In this document: positions 1-9,547 of the stretch, piece after piece | How the letters are laid out: every line of letters starts with the position of its first letter | Numbering within the stretch: position 1 is the first letter of the stretch | Source of the DNA: Polaromonas sp. | GTDB taxonomy: Bacteria > Pseudomonadota > Gammaproteobacteria > Burkholderiales > Burkholderiaceae_C | Length of the DNA stretch: 64,000 bases | Direction: 5' to 3' | NCBI GenBank assembly: GCA_046598365.1 | Contig: JBKJIV010000078.1 | Coordinates: 6,493 to 70,492, forward strand | The notes under the pieces: generated by a model | Databases searched by the model: none | Seen by the model: the letters and a program-made list of their open reading frames with translations, nothing else | Told to the model about the DNA's origin: nothing | Made by a program: the position numbers and the translations under genes

Positions 1-2
1 CG

Positions 3-1019
3 CTGGTCATGGTTTCGCCCGATGCTTTTCACAAGCAGCTCCTGGCCGTGGGCTTGCCCATGCGGGAAACCGGTGACTACTACGGCTACAGCCTGGCACT
101 GGGCAGCAGCGAGGTGTCGCTGCTTTCGCTGACCAACGCCTACCGCACACTGGCCAACGGTGGGCGTTACAGCGTGTCATCGCTGGTCAGAAATCCCACG
201 CCAGTCTTCAAGCCCGTCGTGGACCGCGGCGCCGCCTTCATCGTGACGGACATCATTTCAGATCCACAGGCGCGCGCGCGCACCTTCGGCACTGACAGCG
301 TGCTGGCCACGCGCTTCTGGACCGCCGTGAAAACCGGCACCAGCAAAGACATGCGCGACAACTGGGCCCTCGGGTTTTCTCAGCGCTACACCGTGGGCGT
401 CTGGGTTGGCAATGCCAGTGGCGCGCCCATGTGGGACGTCAGCGGCACCAGCGGCGCCGCGCCGGTGTGGGCCGCGCTGATGAATCACCTGCACAAAACC
501 GAACCCAGCCGGCCGCCCCTGCCCCCACCCGGGGTGGTACACAGCCGCACAAGCTTTGGCACACAGGCCGGCCTGCCACTGGAAGCGCCGCGCAGCGAGT
601 GGTTCATCAAAGGCACGGAGCAAGCCGTGTTTGCCATGGATTCAGGCGTTGAGACCGCTCGCGGATCAAGGGCACACGACCTGAAAGGTGCCGCAACAGG
701 AAGCATCGCGCGCATCATCTCCCCGGCCAACGGCACCATCGTGGCATTGGATCCCGACATTCCACCCAACCGCCAGCGCCTGAGCTTGAGCGCAGAGGGA
801 ACCAACCTGCGCTGGCGCATGGACGGCAAGGAGTTTGCCCGCGGCGCATCTGCGCAGTGGCTGCCCTGGCCGGGCAAGCACACCGTGCAGCTGGTTGGCG
901 AACGTGCAGAAGTTCTGGACGAGATCCGCATCGAGGTACGTGGCGCGGGCGTCAAAGTGGCTTTGAAACCCAATGCCGCCACAGCGGCTCGGGACGGCGT
1001 CCGATCCGCATCAAAATAA
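3..1019 (+). CDS. pbpC: Penicillin-binding protein 1C, C-terminal part (5'-truncated by window)
   Basis: Transpeptidase KTG motif (KTGTSKDMRDNWALG...VGVWVGN) and a PBP1C-type C-terminal beta domain (IISPANG...LRWRMDG...WPGKHTVQL); frame is open to the window edge. Confidence 0.88.
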   Translation: MVMVSPDAFHKQLLAVGLPMRETGDYYGYSLALGSSEVSLLSLTNAYRTLANGGRYSVSSLVRNPTPVFKPVVDRGAAFIVTDIISDPQARARTFGTDSVLATRFWTAVKTGTSKDMRDNWALGFSQRYTVGVWVGNASGAPMWDVSGTSGAAPVWAALMNHLHKTEPSRPPLPPPGVVHSRTSFGTQAGLPLEAPRSEWFIKGTEQAVFAMDSGVETARGSRAHDLKGAATGSIARIISPANGTIVALDPDIPPNRQRLSLSAEGTNLRWRMDGKEFARGASAQWLPWPGKHTVQLVGERAEVLDEIRIEVRGAGVKVALKPNAATAARDGVRSASK

Positions 1020-1107
1020 TTTCAGGCTGCCGAGGGCGGAATTCACGCCAGCCAACCCGGGTCCCCGCTACCATCGTCTCCATAACAGGATCAATCAGGA
1101 GACATCT

Positions 1108-2259
1108 GTGGCCGTCATCACCAATATCGAAGATCTGCGCGTTCTGGCGCAAAAGCGCGTGCCGCGCATGTTTTACGACTATGCCGACTCCGGCTCCTGG
1201 ACAGAAAGCACCTACCGCGCCAATTCGGACGATTTTCAAAAAATCAAGCTGCGACAGCGCGTGGCTGTGAACATGGAAAACCGCAGCACCGCCACAAAGA
1301 TGGTGGGCGTGGACGTCAAGATGCCGGTGGCCATTGCGCCGGTGGGCCTGACGGGCATGCAGCATGCCGACGGAGAAATCAAGGCAGCAAGGGCCGCCGA
1401 GAAGTTCGGTATTCCCTTTATCCTCTCGACCATGAGCATCTGCTCGATCGAGGACATTGCGGCGCAAACGCAGACGCCCTTCTGGTTCCAGCTCTACATG
1501 ATGCGCGACCGCGATGCGATGGCCGCCATGATTGAGCGGACCCGCAAGGCCGGCTGTAATGCGCTGGTGCTCACACTGGATTTGCAGGTGATTGGGCAGC
1601 GTCACAAAGACCTGAAAAACGGCCTGACCGCACCACCCAAGCCGACGATTGCGAACATCATCAATCTGATGACCAAACCGCGCTGGTGCCTGGGCATGGC
1701 AGGTACGCGCCGCCATACCTTTGGCAACCTGGTTGGCCACGTGAAAGGAGTCAGCGACATGCGCTCGCTGGCGGCATGGACCAATGAGCAGTTTGATCCC
1801 CGCCTGTCATGGGCCGATGTGGCCTGGGTCAAGGAACGCTGGGGCGGCAAGCTCATCCTCAAAGGCATTCAGGACGTGGAAGACGCCAAGCTTGCAGTGC
1901 AAAGCGGCGCCGATGCCATCGTGGTCAGCAACCATGGCGGACGCCAGCTTGACGGCGCGCAGTCCAGCATCGAGGCCCTGCCGGCCATCGTGGCTGCAGT
2001 GGGTTCGGACATTGAAGTGTGGATGGACGGGGGCATCCGCTCCGGCCAGGACGTGCTCAAGGCCTGGGCTCTGGGCGCCCGCGGAACACTGATCGGCCGG
2101 GCCATGGTGTACGGCCTGGGCGCCATGGGCGAAGCCGGCGTGACCAAGGCGCTGCAGATCATCCACAAAGAACTCGACATCACCATGGCCTTTTGCGGCC
2201 ACACCAACATCGAGACGGTGGACAAGGGGATTTTGTTGCCGGGCACTTACCCCACCTGA
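1108..2259 (+). CDS. lldD: FMN-dependent alpha-hydroxy acid oxidase / L-lactate dehydrogenase
   Basis: SNHGGRQLD, DGGIRSGQD and APVGLTGM motifs; GTG start at 1108 after AGGAG. Confidence 0.88.
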   Translation: MAVITNIEDLRVLAQKRVPRMFYDYADSGSWTESTYRANSDDFQKIKLRQRVAVNMENRSTATKMVGVDVKMPVAIAPVGLTGMQHADGEIKAARAAEKFGIPFILSTMSICSIEDIAAQTQTPFWFQLYMMRDRDAMAAMIERTRKAGCNALVLTLDLQVIGQRHKDLKNGLTAPPKPTIANIINLMTKPRWCLGMAGTRRHTFGNLVGHVKGVSDMRSLAAWTNEQFDPRLSWADVAWVKERWGGKLILKGIQDVEDAKLAVQSGADAIVVSNHGGRQLDGAQSSIEALPAIVAAVGSDIEVWMDGGIRSGQDVLKAWALGARGTLIGRAMVYGLGAMGEAGVTKALQIIHKELDITMAFCGHTNIETVDKGILLPGTYPT

Positions 2260-2337
2260 AACCACGACGAGCCTTGCCGCACAATTCCAGCAGCTCTTTG
2301 CTGCGCAGGTCTTGGCGTGCGGCGCTATGCTTGCGGG

Positions 2338-3600
2338 GTGACCTCCGTGCCGACCTCCGCCTCTCCCGTCAAAATTCGCCGCGTGGCACACCTCGACATG
2401 GACGCTTTTTTTGCATCCATCGAGTTGCTGCGTTATCCGCAGCTCAAGGGTCTGCCAGTGGTCATAGGGGGCGGGCGCCGCAAGGTGGACGACGCTTTGC
2501 AGGAAGGCCAGCCCGAGCGGGCGCTGCGTTTTATTCCGGTGGCGGACTTCCCGCTACTCAAGGATTACGTGGGCCGCGGTGTCATCACCACGGCAACTTA
2601 CGCCGCGCGCCAGTTTGGCGTGGGCTCTGCCATGGGCATGATGAAGGCCGCCAAACTTTGCCCGCAGGCGATTGTGCTGCCGGTAGATTTTGAAGAAGTG
2701 CGCAAATACTCGCGTCTGTTCAAAAGCACCATCACAGGGATCGCACCGCAAATGGAAGACCGCGGCGTCGATGAGGTTTACATCGAGTTCACCGACGTGC
2801 CGGGTGGCCAGCGTGAAGGCGGCCGTGTGCTGGCGCGGCTGATTCAAAAAGAAATTTTTGATGTCACCGGCCTGACCTGCTCGGTCGGCGTGGCGCCCAA
2901 CAAGCTGCTGGCCAAGATGGCGAGCGAGTTCAACAAGCCCAAAGGCATTTCGGTGGTTTACGAGGCCGATCTGCAGGAAAAAATCTGGCCACTGCATGTT
3001 CGCAAAATCAACGGCATAGGTCCCAAGGCCGGTGAAAAACTGGCCGGGCTGAAGATTCAGACCATCGGCGAACTCGCCGCACAGGAGCGCGCCTTTCTCA
3101 TCCGGCATTTCGGCAAGGCCACGGGCGCCTGGATGCATGAGGCCGCATGGGGCCGGGACGACAGGCCGGTTGTCACTGAGAGCGAGCCGGTGTCCATCAG
3201 CCGCGAGACCACCTTTGACCGCGACCTGCACGCGGTGCGCGACAAAGCCGAGCTGGGCGCCATCTTCACCCGCCTGTGCGACAAGCTGGCCGAAGACCTG
3301 GTGGCCAAAGGTTACGTGGCCAGAACCATTGGCATCAAGTTGCGATACGAGGATTTTCAGAGCGCGACACGGGACAACACCGCCGACACTTACACAGCCG
3401 ACGGAAAAACCATACGCAAGCTGGCGGGCCTGTGCCTCAAGCGCGTGCCTTTGAGCAAAAAGCTGCGTTTACTCGGTGTGCGGGCGGGGACGCTGGCAAG
3501 GGCGGGGGAAGAGCCCGTCATTGAACAAAAACGTCAACCTGCCCAACAGGGTCGGGACACGTTTGCTACTGCAACAGCAGCATCTGACCAGCTCTTTTAG
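2338..3600 (+). CDS. dinB: DNA polymerase IV (Y-family)
   Basis: HLDMDAFFASIE, YAARQFGV, GVDEVY and NKLLAKMAS motifs; start chosen at GTG 2338, 6 nt after TATGCT (track start 2317). Confidence 0.92.
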   Translation: MTSVPTSASPVKIRRVAHLDMDAFFASIELLRYPQLKGLPVVIGGGRRKVDDALQEGQPERALRFIPVADFPLLKDYVGRGVITTATYAARQFGVGSAMGMMKAAKLCPQAIVLPVDFEEVRKYSRLFKSTITGIAPQMEDRGVDEVYIEFTDVPGGQREGGRVLARLIQKEIFDVTGLTCSVGVAPNKLLAKMASEFNKPKGISVVYEADLQEKIWPLHVRKINGIGPKAGEKLAGLKIQTIGELAAQERAFLIRHFGKATGAWMHEAAWGRDDRPVVTESEPVSISRETTFDRDLHAVRDKAELGAIFTRLCDKLAEDLVAKGYVARTIGIKLRYEDFQSATRDNTADTYTADGKTIRKLAGLCLKRVPLSKKLRLLGVRAGTLARAGEEPVIEQKRQPAQQGRDTFATATAASDQLF

Positions 3601-3620
3601 GCACCGCGCAGGTGCCAGTG

Positions 3621-4043
3621 CTACTTCAGGGTGGCGAGGTAAGCGATCAGGTCCGCCCGCTCCTGCGCGTCGTCCACCTGAAAACCCATGCGCTGACCCA
3701 CCACCAGGTCTTCCGGATCCTGCAACCAGGCATTGAGGGTTTGCGGCGTCCAGCGCAAGCGGGACTGGGCCATCTCGTCTGAGTATTTATATCCCTTGAG
3801 ACTGCCAACGCGACGGCCCATGACACCGCGATGCGCCGGGCCAAGCTTGTTGCTGTCGACCGCATGGCAAGCCGTGCAGCGCGCGGCATATAGAGCCTGC
3901 CCTTTCAGCACATCGCCGGCAGGTGGCGTTTGCCACTCACGAGCACCGGTGTTGCTTTGCGCCAGCACGGGCCCCGCAAGCGCCAAAGTAACAAGGCCTT
4001 GAATCGTCACGCTCAATAAATGCTGGGGCACCTTAAACAACAT
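3621..4043 (-). CDS. Periplasmic class I cytochrome c (c2-like)
   Basis: Signal peptide, CTACH haem motif, GPAHRGVMGR, distal Met in GQRMGF; ATG at 4043 after AGGGAG (the track ORF is over-extended). Confidence 0.9.
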   Translation of the reverse strand: MLFKVPQHLLSVTIQGLVTLALAGPVLAQSNTGAREWQTPPAGDVLKGQALYAARCTACHAVDSNKLGPAHRGVMGRRVGSLKGYKYSDEMAQSRLRWTPQTLNAWLQDPEDLVVGQRMGFQVDDAQERADLIAYLATLK

Positions 4044-4243
4044 AGGACTCCCTGCTGGAGGACGATGAAACAGGATGGACAGATGTAACTGAAATCGCTG
4101 GAATACGGTATTGAACATTAGGCAAAGGCATGGCGTCTCCTCAGGTAAGGCCGGTTGAAGGCTTTGGATAGTGCTGGTTTTACGCAGCAAGCCCGCCTTT
4201 GGATTCGCCCAAAACCAACGAAACCGCCAGTTATTTAAAAAGT

Positions 4244-4273
4244 TGAATCCAGTGGCACCGGAATTTGCGTATT
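4244..4273 (+). promoter_or_regulatory. Putative ECF sigma promoter TGAATCC-N17-CGTATT
   Basis: Lies 60 nt upstream of the DUF3034 start; a similar motif occurs at 9548-9576. Confidence 0.55.
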
Positions 4274-4332
4274 CTGAGCGTGAACACTTTTTTACATTCC
4301 ACACCCCGCCACCACTTGAAGGATCTTCAATC

Positions 4333-5262
4333 ATGAAATTTGCACCTTCCCTGATCGCAACCTGCACGGCCCTGGTATGCGCCGGTGCCAGCCTCCCTGC
4401 CTTTGCCGAGACCGGCAAATTGCTGCTCACCGGTGGCGTGAGCAGCATCGACGGCGCCGCCGGCGGCGGTTTGACGCCGTGGGCCGTCATCGGCAGCAAC
4501 GCCACCGAAGGTGAAATTGGCGGCTCTGCCTTTGTGACCACCGCCGGCACCAAAGACTACGGTCTGAACATCGTGGGCGCCGCCATCGGCATCCACGACC
4601 GTTTTGAAATCTCGGTAGCCCAACAGGACTTCAACACGCGCGCCACGGGCACAGCCCTCGGACTGCCCGGCCTGCACCTGAAGCAGTCGATCGTCGGCTT
4701 CAAGGCCCGGGTCGCGGGAGATGCCATCCTGGACAGCGACTCCCTGATGCCTCAAATTGCAGTCGGTCTGCAATACAAGACACTGGGCTCCACCGGTCTG
4801 GATGGCACTTTACGTGCGCTGGGTGCCAAGCGTGAAGGCGTGGACCTGTATGTCAGTGCAACCAAACTCTTTTTGGGACAAAGCCTTCTGGTCAACGGCA
4901 CACTGCGCGCTACCAAAGCCAACCAGAACGGACTGCTCGGCTACGGTGCCACGCTGGGTGGCGGAAGCAACAACAGCTACAGCCTGCAGCCCGAATTTTC
5001 GGTGGCCTACCTGATCAACAAAAACATCGCAGTGGGCGCCGAATATCGCTTCATGCGCAACAAGTTAGAGACTGCTGGCCGCGCCGCAGGCCTGGGCAAC
5101 GGATTGCGCTCGGAAGACTGGAAAGACATCTTTATCGCTTGGGCACCCAACAAAAATCTCTCAGTTACCTTGGCTTATGTAGATTTGGGCGTGATTGTTC
5201 CGGCTACCACAGCAAGCCGAAAGCAAAAAGGCTACTACCTGTCAGCCCAGGTCGCTTTCTGA
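4333..5262 (+). CDS. DUF3034-family predicted outer-membrane beta-barrel protein
   Basis: Signal peptide, GKLLLTGGVSSIDGAAGGGLTPWAVIG N-terminal signature, amphipathic strands, C-terminal YLSAQVAF (terminal Phe). Confidence 0.82.
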   Translation: MKFAPSLIATCTALVCAGASLPAFAETGKLLLTGGVSSIDGAAGGGLTPWAVIGSNATEGEIGGSAFVTTAGTKDYGLNIVGAAIGIHDRFEISVAQQDFNTRATGTALGLPGLHLKQSIVGFKARVAGDAILDSDSLMPQIAVGLQYKTLGSTGLDGTLRALGAKREGVDLYVSATKLFLGQSLLVNGTLRATKANQNGLLGYGATLGGGSNNSYSLQPEFSVAYLINKNIAVGAEYRFMRNKLETAGRAAGLGNGLRSEDWKDIFIAWAPNKNLSVTLAYVDLGVIVPATTASRKQKGYYLSAQVAF

Positions 5263-5295
5263 CCCCCCTCACAAAACATCATTGAAGGAATCGAC

Positions 5296-5739
5296 ATGAA
5301 AAAAACCCTTATTTCTCTCGTACTGGCAGGTTCTGGTCTGCTGATGTCTGGCGCTTCTTTTGCGCAAATGGCGCCAAAGGATGACCAGCTTTACAAAGCC
5401 TTTGGCGAAAAAGCCGGACTCGTCACCCTGATGGACGACTTCATGGTCCGCCTGCTGGCAGACCCCCGCACCGGCCCCCACTTCAAGCCTTCCAATCAGG
5501 AACGGGTCAAGGAACAACTGGTCGACCAGTTGTGCTCGCTGGCTGGCGGCCCTTGTGTTTATAAGGGCGCTGACATGAAAAGCGCGCATGCCAATCTGGA
5601 CATTAAAAAGTCAGATTTCAACGCGCTGGTTGAAGTGCTGCAGCAAAGCATGGACGCCAAGGGTATTCCCTTCCGTACCCAAAACCAGATGCTGGCGCTG
5701 CTGGCCCCTATGCACCGCGACACCATTACGGTACGCTGA
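5296..5739 (+). CDS. Exported group I truncated haemoglobin
   Basis: LYKAFG, DPRTGPHF, AGGPCVYKG and proximal His in MKSAHANL; Sec signal peptide ending ASFA. Confidence 0.88.
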   Translation: MKKTLISLVLAGSGLLMSGASFAQMAPKDDQLYKAFGEKAGLVTLMDDFMVRLLADPRTGPHFKPSNQERVKEQLVDQLCSLAGGPCVYKGADMKSAHANLDIKKSDFNALVEVLQQSMDAKGIPFRTQNQMLALLAPMHRDTITVR

Positions 5740-5770
5740 GCCATCGCCCTACTCCACACTTGGACCTCCC

Positions 5771-6421
5771 ATGAAAAAAACGTTGCTTTCCCTGGCCCTT
5801 GGAGCCATATCCAGCTTTGCCCTCGCGGGCAATCTGCAGGTTCTGGTGCTCGACAAAGACGGCAAACCTGTACCAGATGCGGTGGTAGTGGTCGTGCCTG
5901 CGAACAAAGGCGCGCCCAAGGCCGCTCTTCCCATGCAGGTCACCATCAAGCAGGAAAAAATGCGTTTTATTCCGGCAGTCAGTGTGGTCGGGGTGGGTGC
6001 CAAAGCTTCTTTCGTCAACGACGATCCCTGGGAGCATCATGTGCGCGCCTCGGCTGCCGGGCTGGCGCAATTCAACACGTCGAGCAGTGGAGGTTTTGAG
6101 CTGCGGATCGATGGCAAACCCGAAGGCAAGCCAGGCAAGTCGGCAGATGGCGTGTTTGAAAAGGCGGGTGCGGTGCTGCTGGGTTGCCACGTTCATGGCT
6201 CCATGCGCGGCCATGTGTATGTGAGCGACTCGCCCTGGGCCATATTGACCGGCGCCGACGGAATAGCCAACCTGGAGCAGATTCCGGACGGCGCTGCGCA
6301 GATCAAAGTCTGGCATGCCGACCAACTGCTCGATATCACGCCGCAGCAGACATCCGTCAGCGCGACGCCCGGCAAGGTCACCATGCAACTGAGCGTGGTG
6401 CCTCGCCGCCGCAGGGTCTGA
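5771..6421 (+). CDS. Exported cupredoxin-domain protein ('methylamine utilization protein'-like)
   Basis: Signal peptide, NDDPWEHHV, type-1 copper loop GCHVHGSMRG, C-terminal beta-sandwich. Confidence 0.78.
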   Translation: MKKTLLSLALGAISSFALAGNLQVLVLDKDGKPVPDAVVVVVPANKGAPKAALPMQVTIKQEKMRFIPAVSVVGVGAKASFVNDDPWEHHVRASAAGLAQFNTSSSGGFELRIDGKPEGKPGKSADGVFEKAGAVLLGCHVHGSMRGHVYVSDSPWAILTGADGIANLEQIPDGAAQIKVWHADQLLDITPQQTSVSATPGKVTMQLSVVPRRRRV

Positions 6422-6502
6422 TGCGTTTTTAACGCGCAGGCTGCCGTTCTTTCATGCCGGCAGGTGGTTGTTGCAATGGCATAACTCCCTATACTCAGCC
6501 GC

Positions 6503-7129
6503 ATGAACCAGCCAGCCGGCACAGACACTGAGTCAGGCAGAGAAAGCCTCCAGGCATTGCTGCATGCGGCGGCTCAGGGTGACCACGCGTGTTTTGCCCG
6601 GATCTACGAGCGCACCCACCTGCATCTGTTTGGCTTTGCCGTTCGTATATTGGGGCAAGGACAAGCGGCCGAAGATGTGCTGCAAGAGGCTTATGTGAGC
6701 ATCTGGAAAAATGCCCCGCACTACCGCAGTGAGGTCAACGGGCAAACCATTCAACCCATGACATGGCTGATAGCCATTGTCCGCAACAAGGCGCTGGACG
6801 CCTACCGTGCGCGTGCGCGCCGCAAGGAAAGCGAACTGCCCGAGTCCGGCGATGTGGATCAAGACGAGGTGCTGACCACCACGCAAGCACTACCCAGTGC
6901 CATGCAGCTGCTGGAGCAGGCGACCCAGTCCCTGAAGATAGAGACGTGCATGAACGGGCTGGACGGCAGTCACCGCCAAAGTCTGGCACTGGCTTATTAC
7001 CAGGGTCTGTCGCACACCGAAGTTGCCGCGCAAATGGGCGCGCCACTGGGATCGGTCAAGGCCTGGATACGGCGTGGGTTGGAAAAACTCAAAACCTGTC
7101 TGGCCGCGCAGGGCGTGGTGGCGTCATGA
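6503..7129 (+). CDS. ECF RNA polymerase sigma factor (SigK-like)
   Basis: AEDVLQEAY...WLIAIVRNKALD region 2; AYYQGLSHTEVA...PLGSVKAWIRRGL region 4. Confidence 0.92.
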   Translation: MNQPAGTDTESGRESLQALLHAAAQGDHACFARIYERTHLHLFGFAVRILGQGQAAEDVLQEAYVSIWKNAPHYRSEVNGQTIQPMTWLIAIVRNKALDAYRARARRKESELPESGDVDQDEVLTTTQALPSAMQLLEQATQSLKIETCMNGLDGSHRQSLALAYYQGLSHTEVAAQMGAPLGSVKAWIRRGLEKLKTCLAAQGVVAS

Positions 7130-7860
7130 GATACACCCACCCCAACGTACTGGAACACCTGGCATCCAGCTATGTGCTGGGTACCCTGACCGGCGGCGCG
7201 CGCCGCCGCTTTGAGCGCCTGCAGCGCGACCGCGCCGATGTACGGGACGTCGTCATTCAATGGGAAACACGCCTGGGACAACTGGCGGTGTCCGTTCCGC
7301 AGCAACAACCTTCGGCCCGCTTGTGGCACGCCATCGCAGCACGTACCCGCCCTGCGGCCGCCGTGTCTGCAGGTGCTGGCTGGCTCGGCTGGTTCAGACC
7401 CGCGGGCTTCGGCTTTGGTGGGCTGGCCACTGGCGTTCTCGCCGCCAGCCTGCTGTTTGTCATGGCCCCGGGCCTGTTCACCTCCAGTGACCGGCTCGCC
7501 ATGCTTTCCGGTGAAAAGCTGCCCCAAAGTTATGTGGGCCTGCTCACCGATACACAAGGCAATGGCAAGCTGCTGGTCAGCTCGCTGCGCCATGGCAAAA
7601 CCATGACCATCAAGGTCATCGGCCCCATCACACCGCCCGCCAGCGGCAAACTGATGCTGTGGGCCGTGCCCGCAAACGGGCCGGCGTTTTCGTTGGGCAC
7701 GGTACCCACGAGCGGATCGGCTGTTTCCATGCTGCCCGACACGTCAGAAAAACTGCTGTCCAAAGTCAGCAAGCTGGTGGTCACGCTGGAAACTGACGCA
7801 AACGCAGCCAAGCCCGGCGAGACCGTTGTTTTCAGCGGCAACTGCGCCAAGTTGTGGTGA
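7126..7860 (+). CDS. Anti-sigma factor, RskA-like
   Basis: ATGA overlap with the sigma gene; LASSYVLGTL N-terminal domain, one TM helix, extracytoplasmic LWAVP...SLG...LVVTLE domain. Confidence 0.85.
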   Translation: MRYTHPNVLEHLASSYVLGTLTGGARRRFERLQRDRADVRDVVIQWETRLGQLAVSVPQQQPSARLWHAIAARTRPAAAVSAGAGWLGWFRPAGFGFGGLATGVLAASLLFVMAPGLFTSSDRLAMLSGEKLPQSYVGLLTDTQGNGKLLVSSLRHGKTMTIKVIGPITPPASGKLMLWAVPANGPAFSLGTVPTSGSAVSMLPDTSEKLLSKVSKLVVTLETDANAAKPGETVVFSGNCAKLW

Positions 7861-8057
7861 TTCGAAACATCTGCGAGTTCTGATCTGAGCGCCACGAAGG
7901 CGATGGAGAATCCAAGCTGACAAACCGCATTTTTGGCGCGGCACTCCTCGCAGGTCAGGTTCAACTTTCGTAGCGCCTTCACCAACATCAATGGTAATCT
8001 CTGCATCGAAGGCGCGGCCTCGATCACATCAGCGAATTCAACAAGGAGAAAACCAGC

Positions 8058-8963
8058 GTGAACTCAAGCCTGAAATTATTCCTCGCCGTCTCAGCCATCA
8101 TTGTCACCCTCAGCGGGTGTGCAACGTCGCCTGCTTCTGAAATCGCGCCCACCCAGCTGACCCTTGCCTGCCCTGTCTCCCGGGTCAATGTTCCTGCCGC
8201 GGACTATATCGGTCCCTATGCGGGCGTTGAAAACGTCATTCCCTTGCAACTGATGGCTCAGGATATTTATTGCTCCGACTCTGTGAAGGCCATGAAATTC
8301 CCCCGGGGCTTCGTCGCTATCTACGGCAGCTCCCGTATCAGGGAGAAAAATGCGTCCTGCGATGCGCGAGGCGAAAACTGCAACGACGCCATCAGGGCCG
8401 CAAGCGACACCATCTACGCGGACATCAGAAACTTCGCCTACGCGTGGACGGCGCGCTATGGCAAGCAGTACCCGATCATGACTGGCGCGGGCCCAGGCCT
8501 CATGGAGGCCGCAAACAAGGGCGCGAAGGAAGCGGGCGGTCCGAGCGTGGGGTACACAACGTATTACGACCGTTCGACCAGCAATGACGCCCTGAAGCCT
8601 TATGGTGGCGATCCCAAATTGGCGTTGAATCCTCATGTCACGAACGGGCTGATTTTTTCCAGTGTCTCCATTCGGGAGCTGGCCATGATCAAACATTCTG
8701 CGGCCATCGTGATCGCCCCGGGCGGAACTGGCACCGAGTGGGAAATGTTTCAAATCATCGAGATCATCAAAAGCAGGCAGCTGACCAAGGTTCCGGTGTA
8801 TCTTGTGGGCAATCGCCAAATCCACTGGCAGAGCCTGGAAGCACGTCTGAATGACATGGTTCTGCGCAAAACCATCAACAAGGACGAAGTGGCCTTCCTG
8901 AGATTTGTGGAAAGCAGCGAAGAGCTGGTTAAACAACTCAGCGCGGATATGAAACTCAACTGA
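8058..8963 (+). CDS. LOG-family (nucleotide monophosphate phosphoribohydrolase-like) lipoprotein
   Basis: YGSSR, TGAGPGLMEAANKGA and PGGTGTEWE motifs; lipobox LSGC after a hydrophobic stretch. Confidence 0.8.
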   Translation: MNSSLKLFLAVSAIIVTLSGCATSPASEIAPTQLTLACPVSRVNVPAADYIGPYAGVENVIPLQLMAQDIYCSDSVKAMKFPRGFVAIYGSSRIREKNASCDARGENCNDAIRAASDTIYADIRNFAYAWTARYGKQYPIMTGAGPGLMEAANKGAKEAGGPSVGYTTYYDRSTSNDALKPYGGDPKLALNPHVTNGLIFSSVSIRELAMIKHSAAIVIAPGGTGTEWEMFQIIEIIKSRQLTKVPVYLVGNRQIHWQSLEARLNDMVLRKTINKDEVAFLRFVESSEELVKQLSADMKLN

Positions 8964-8979
8964 TTCAACACAGGCGTAT

Positions 8980-9516
8980 GTGATGGGACTGGCCCGGGGT
9001 TTACTTGATCGGATTGTGCTGATTGGCGGCGTGCTTTGCGGCGGCATGACACCGAGCTTCATGGCGCAATACCGCCAGCGCGTGGGTGGACAGCTCAGTC
9101 AAGTCGTGCAGGACCTCGCGCCGTTTCAACAGATTGCCAACCTGCGACACAAGGGCAGCCTGGATGCTCTAGTTGCGCACCATCTCAATAGCAGCGACGC
9201 TACTTTTCAGGCTGAAGGCGCGGCCATCCAGGCCATGATGGACGCAGCGCTGCGGCTCAAGGAGGCTTTTGAGGGGTTGAATGGCAGCCTGACCCAGCAA
9301 ATCGGGTACTTGCTCCAGCATGCCGACCCCGCGGTGCTTCGGGCGACCTGGTCTATCTATCAACCCTCTTTTTTGCTCACGGTCGACGGGCTGATCTTTG
9401 CCATTTCTTTCGGACTCATCATCTGGCTGGCGTTTCTGGGGCTGTGGATGTTGGGGTCTGCCCTTGCTTCACGCGGTCGCGCTGGGGGGCATTCCCGAAG
9501 CCGCCGCGCTCTTTAA
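8980..9516 (+). CDS. DUF2937-like membrane protein
   Basis: N- and C-terminal TM segments; PSFMAQYRQRVGG motif. Confidence 0.65.
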   Translation: MMGLARGLLDRIVLIGGVLCGGMTPSFMAQYRQRVGGQLSQVVQDLAPFQQIANLRHKGSLDALVAHHLNSSDATFQAEGAAIQAMMDAALRLKEAFEGLNGSLTQQIGYLLQHADPAVLRATWSIYQPSFLLTVDGLIFAISFGLIIWLAFLGLWMLGSALASRGRAGGHSRSRRAL

Positions 9517-9547
9517 TCTTCAAGCTCGCAAATAAATATCCGCGAAT

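Noticed and set aside
629-690. Possible degenerate GCTA-N9-TAGC element in the pbpC linker
   Set aside because: Only about 9/17 core identity, not distinguishable from chance
2260-2340. LexA/SOS box upstream of dinB
   Set aside because: No CTGT-N8-ACAG or close variant is visible
4044-4553. Long N-terminal extensions of the cytochrome c (to 4553) and DUF3034 (from 4171) ORFs
   Set aside because: They overlap each other head-to-head; RBS and signal peptides support starts at 4043 and 4333
7861-8057. Spacer with a coding-like stretch (FNFRSAFTNINGNLCIEG), possible gene remnant or insertion scar
   Set aside because: No start, RBS, recognisable family or flanking repeats; cannot be supported without a search
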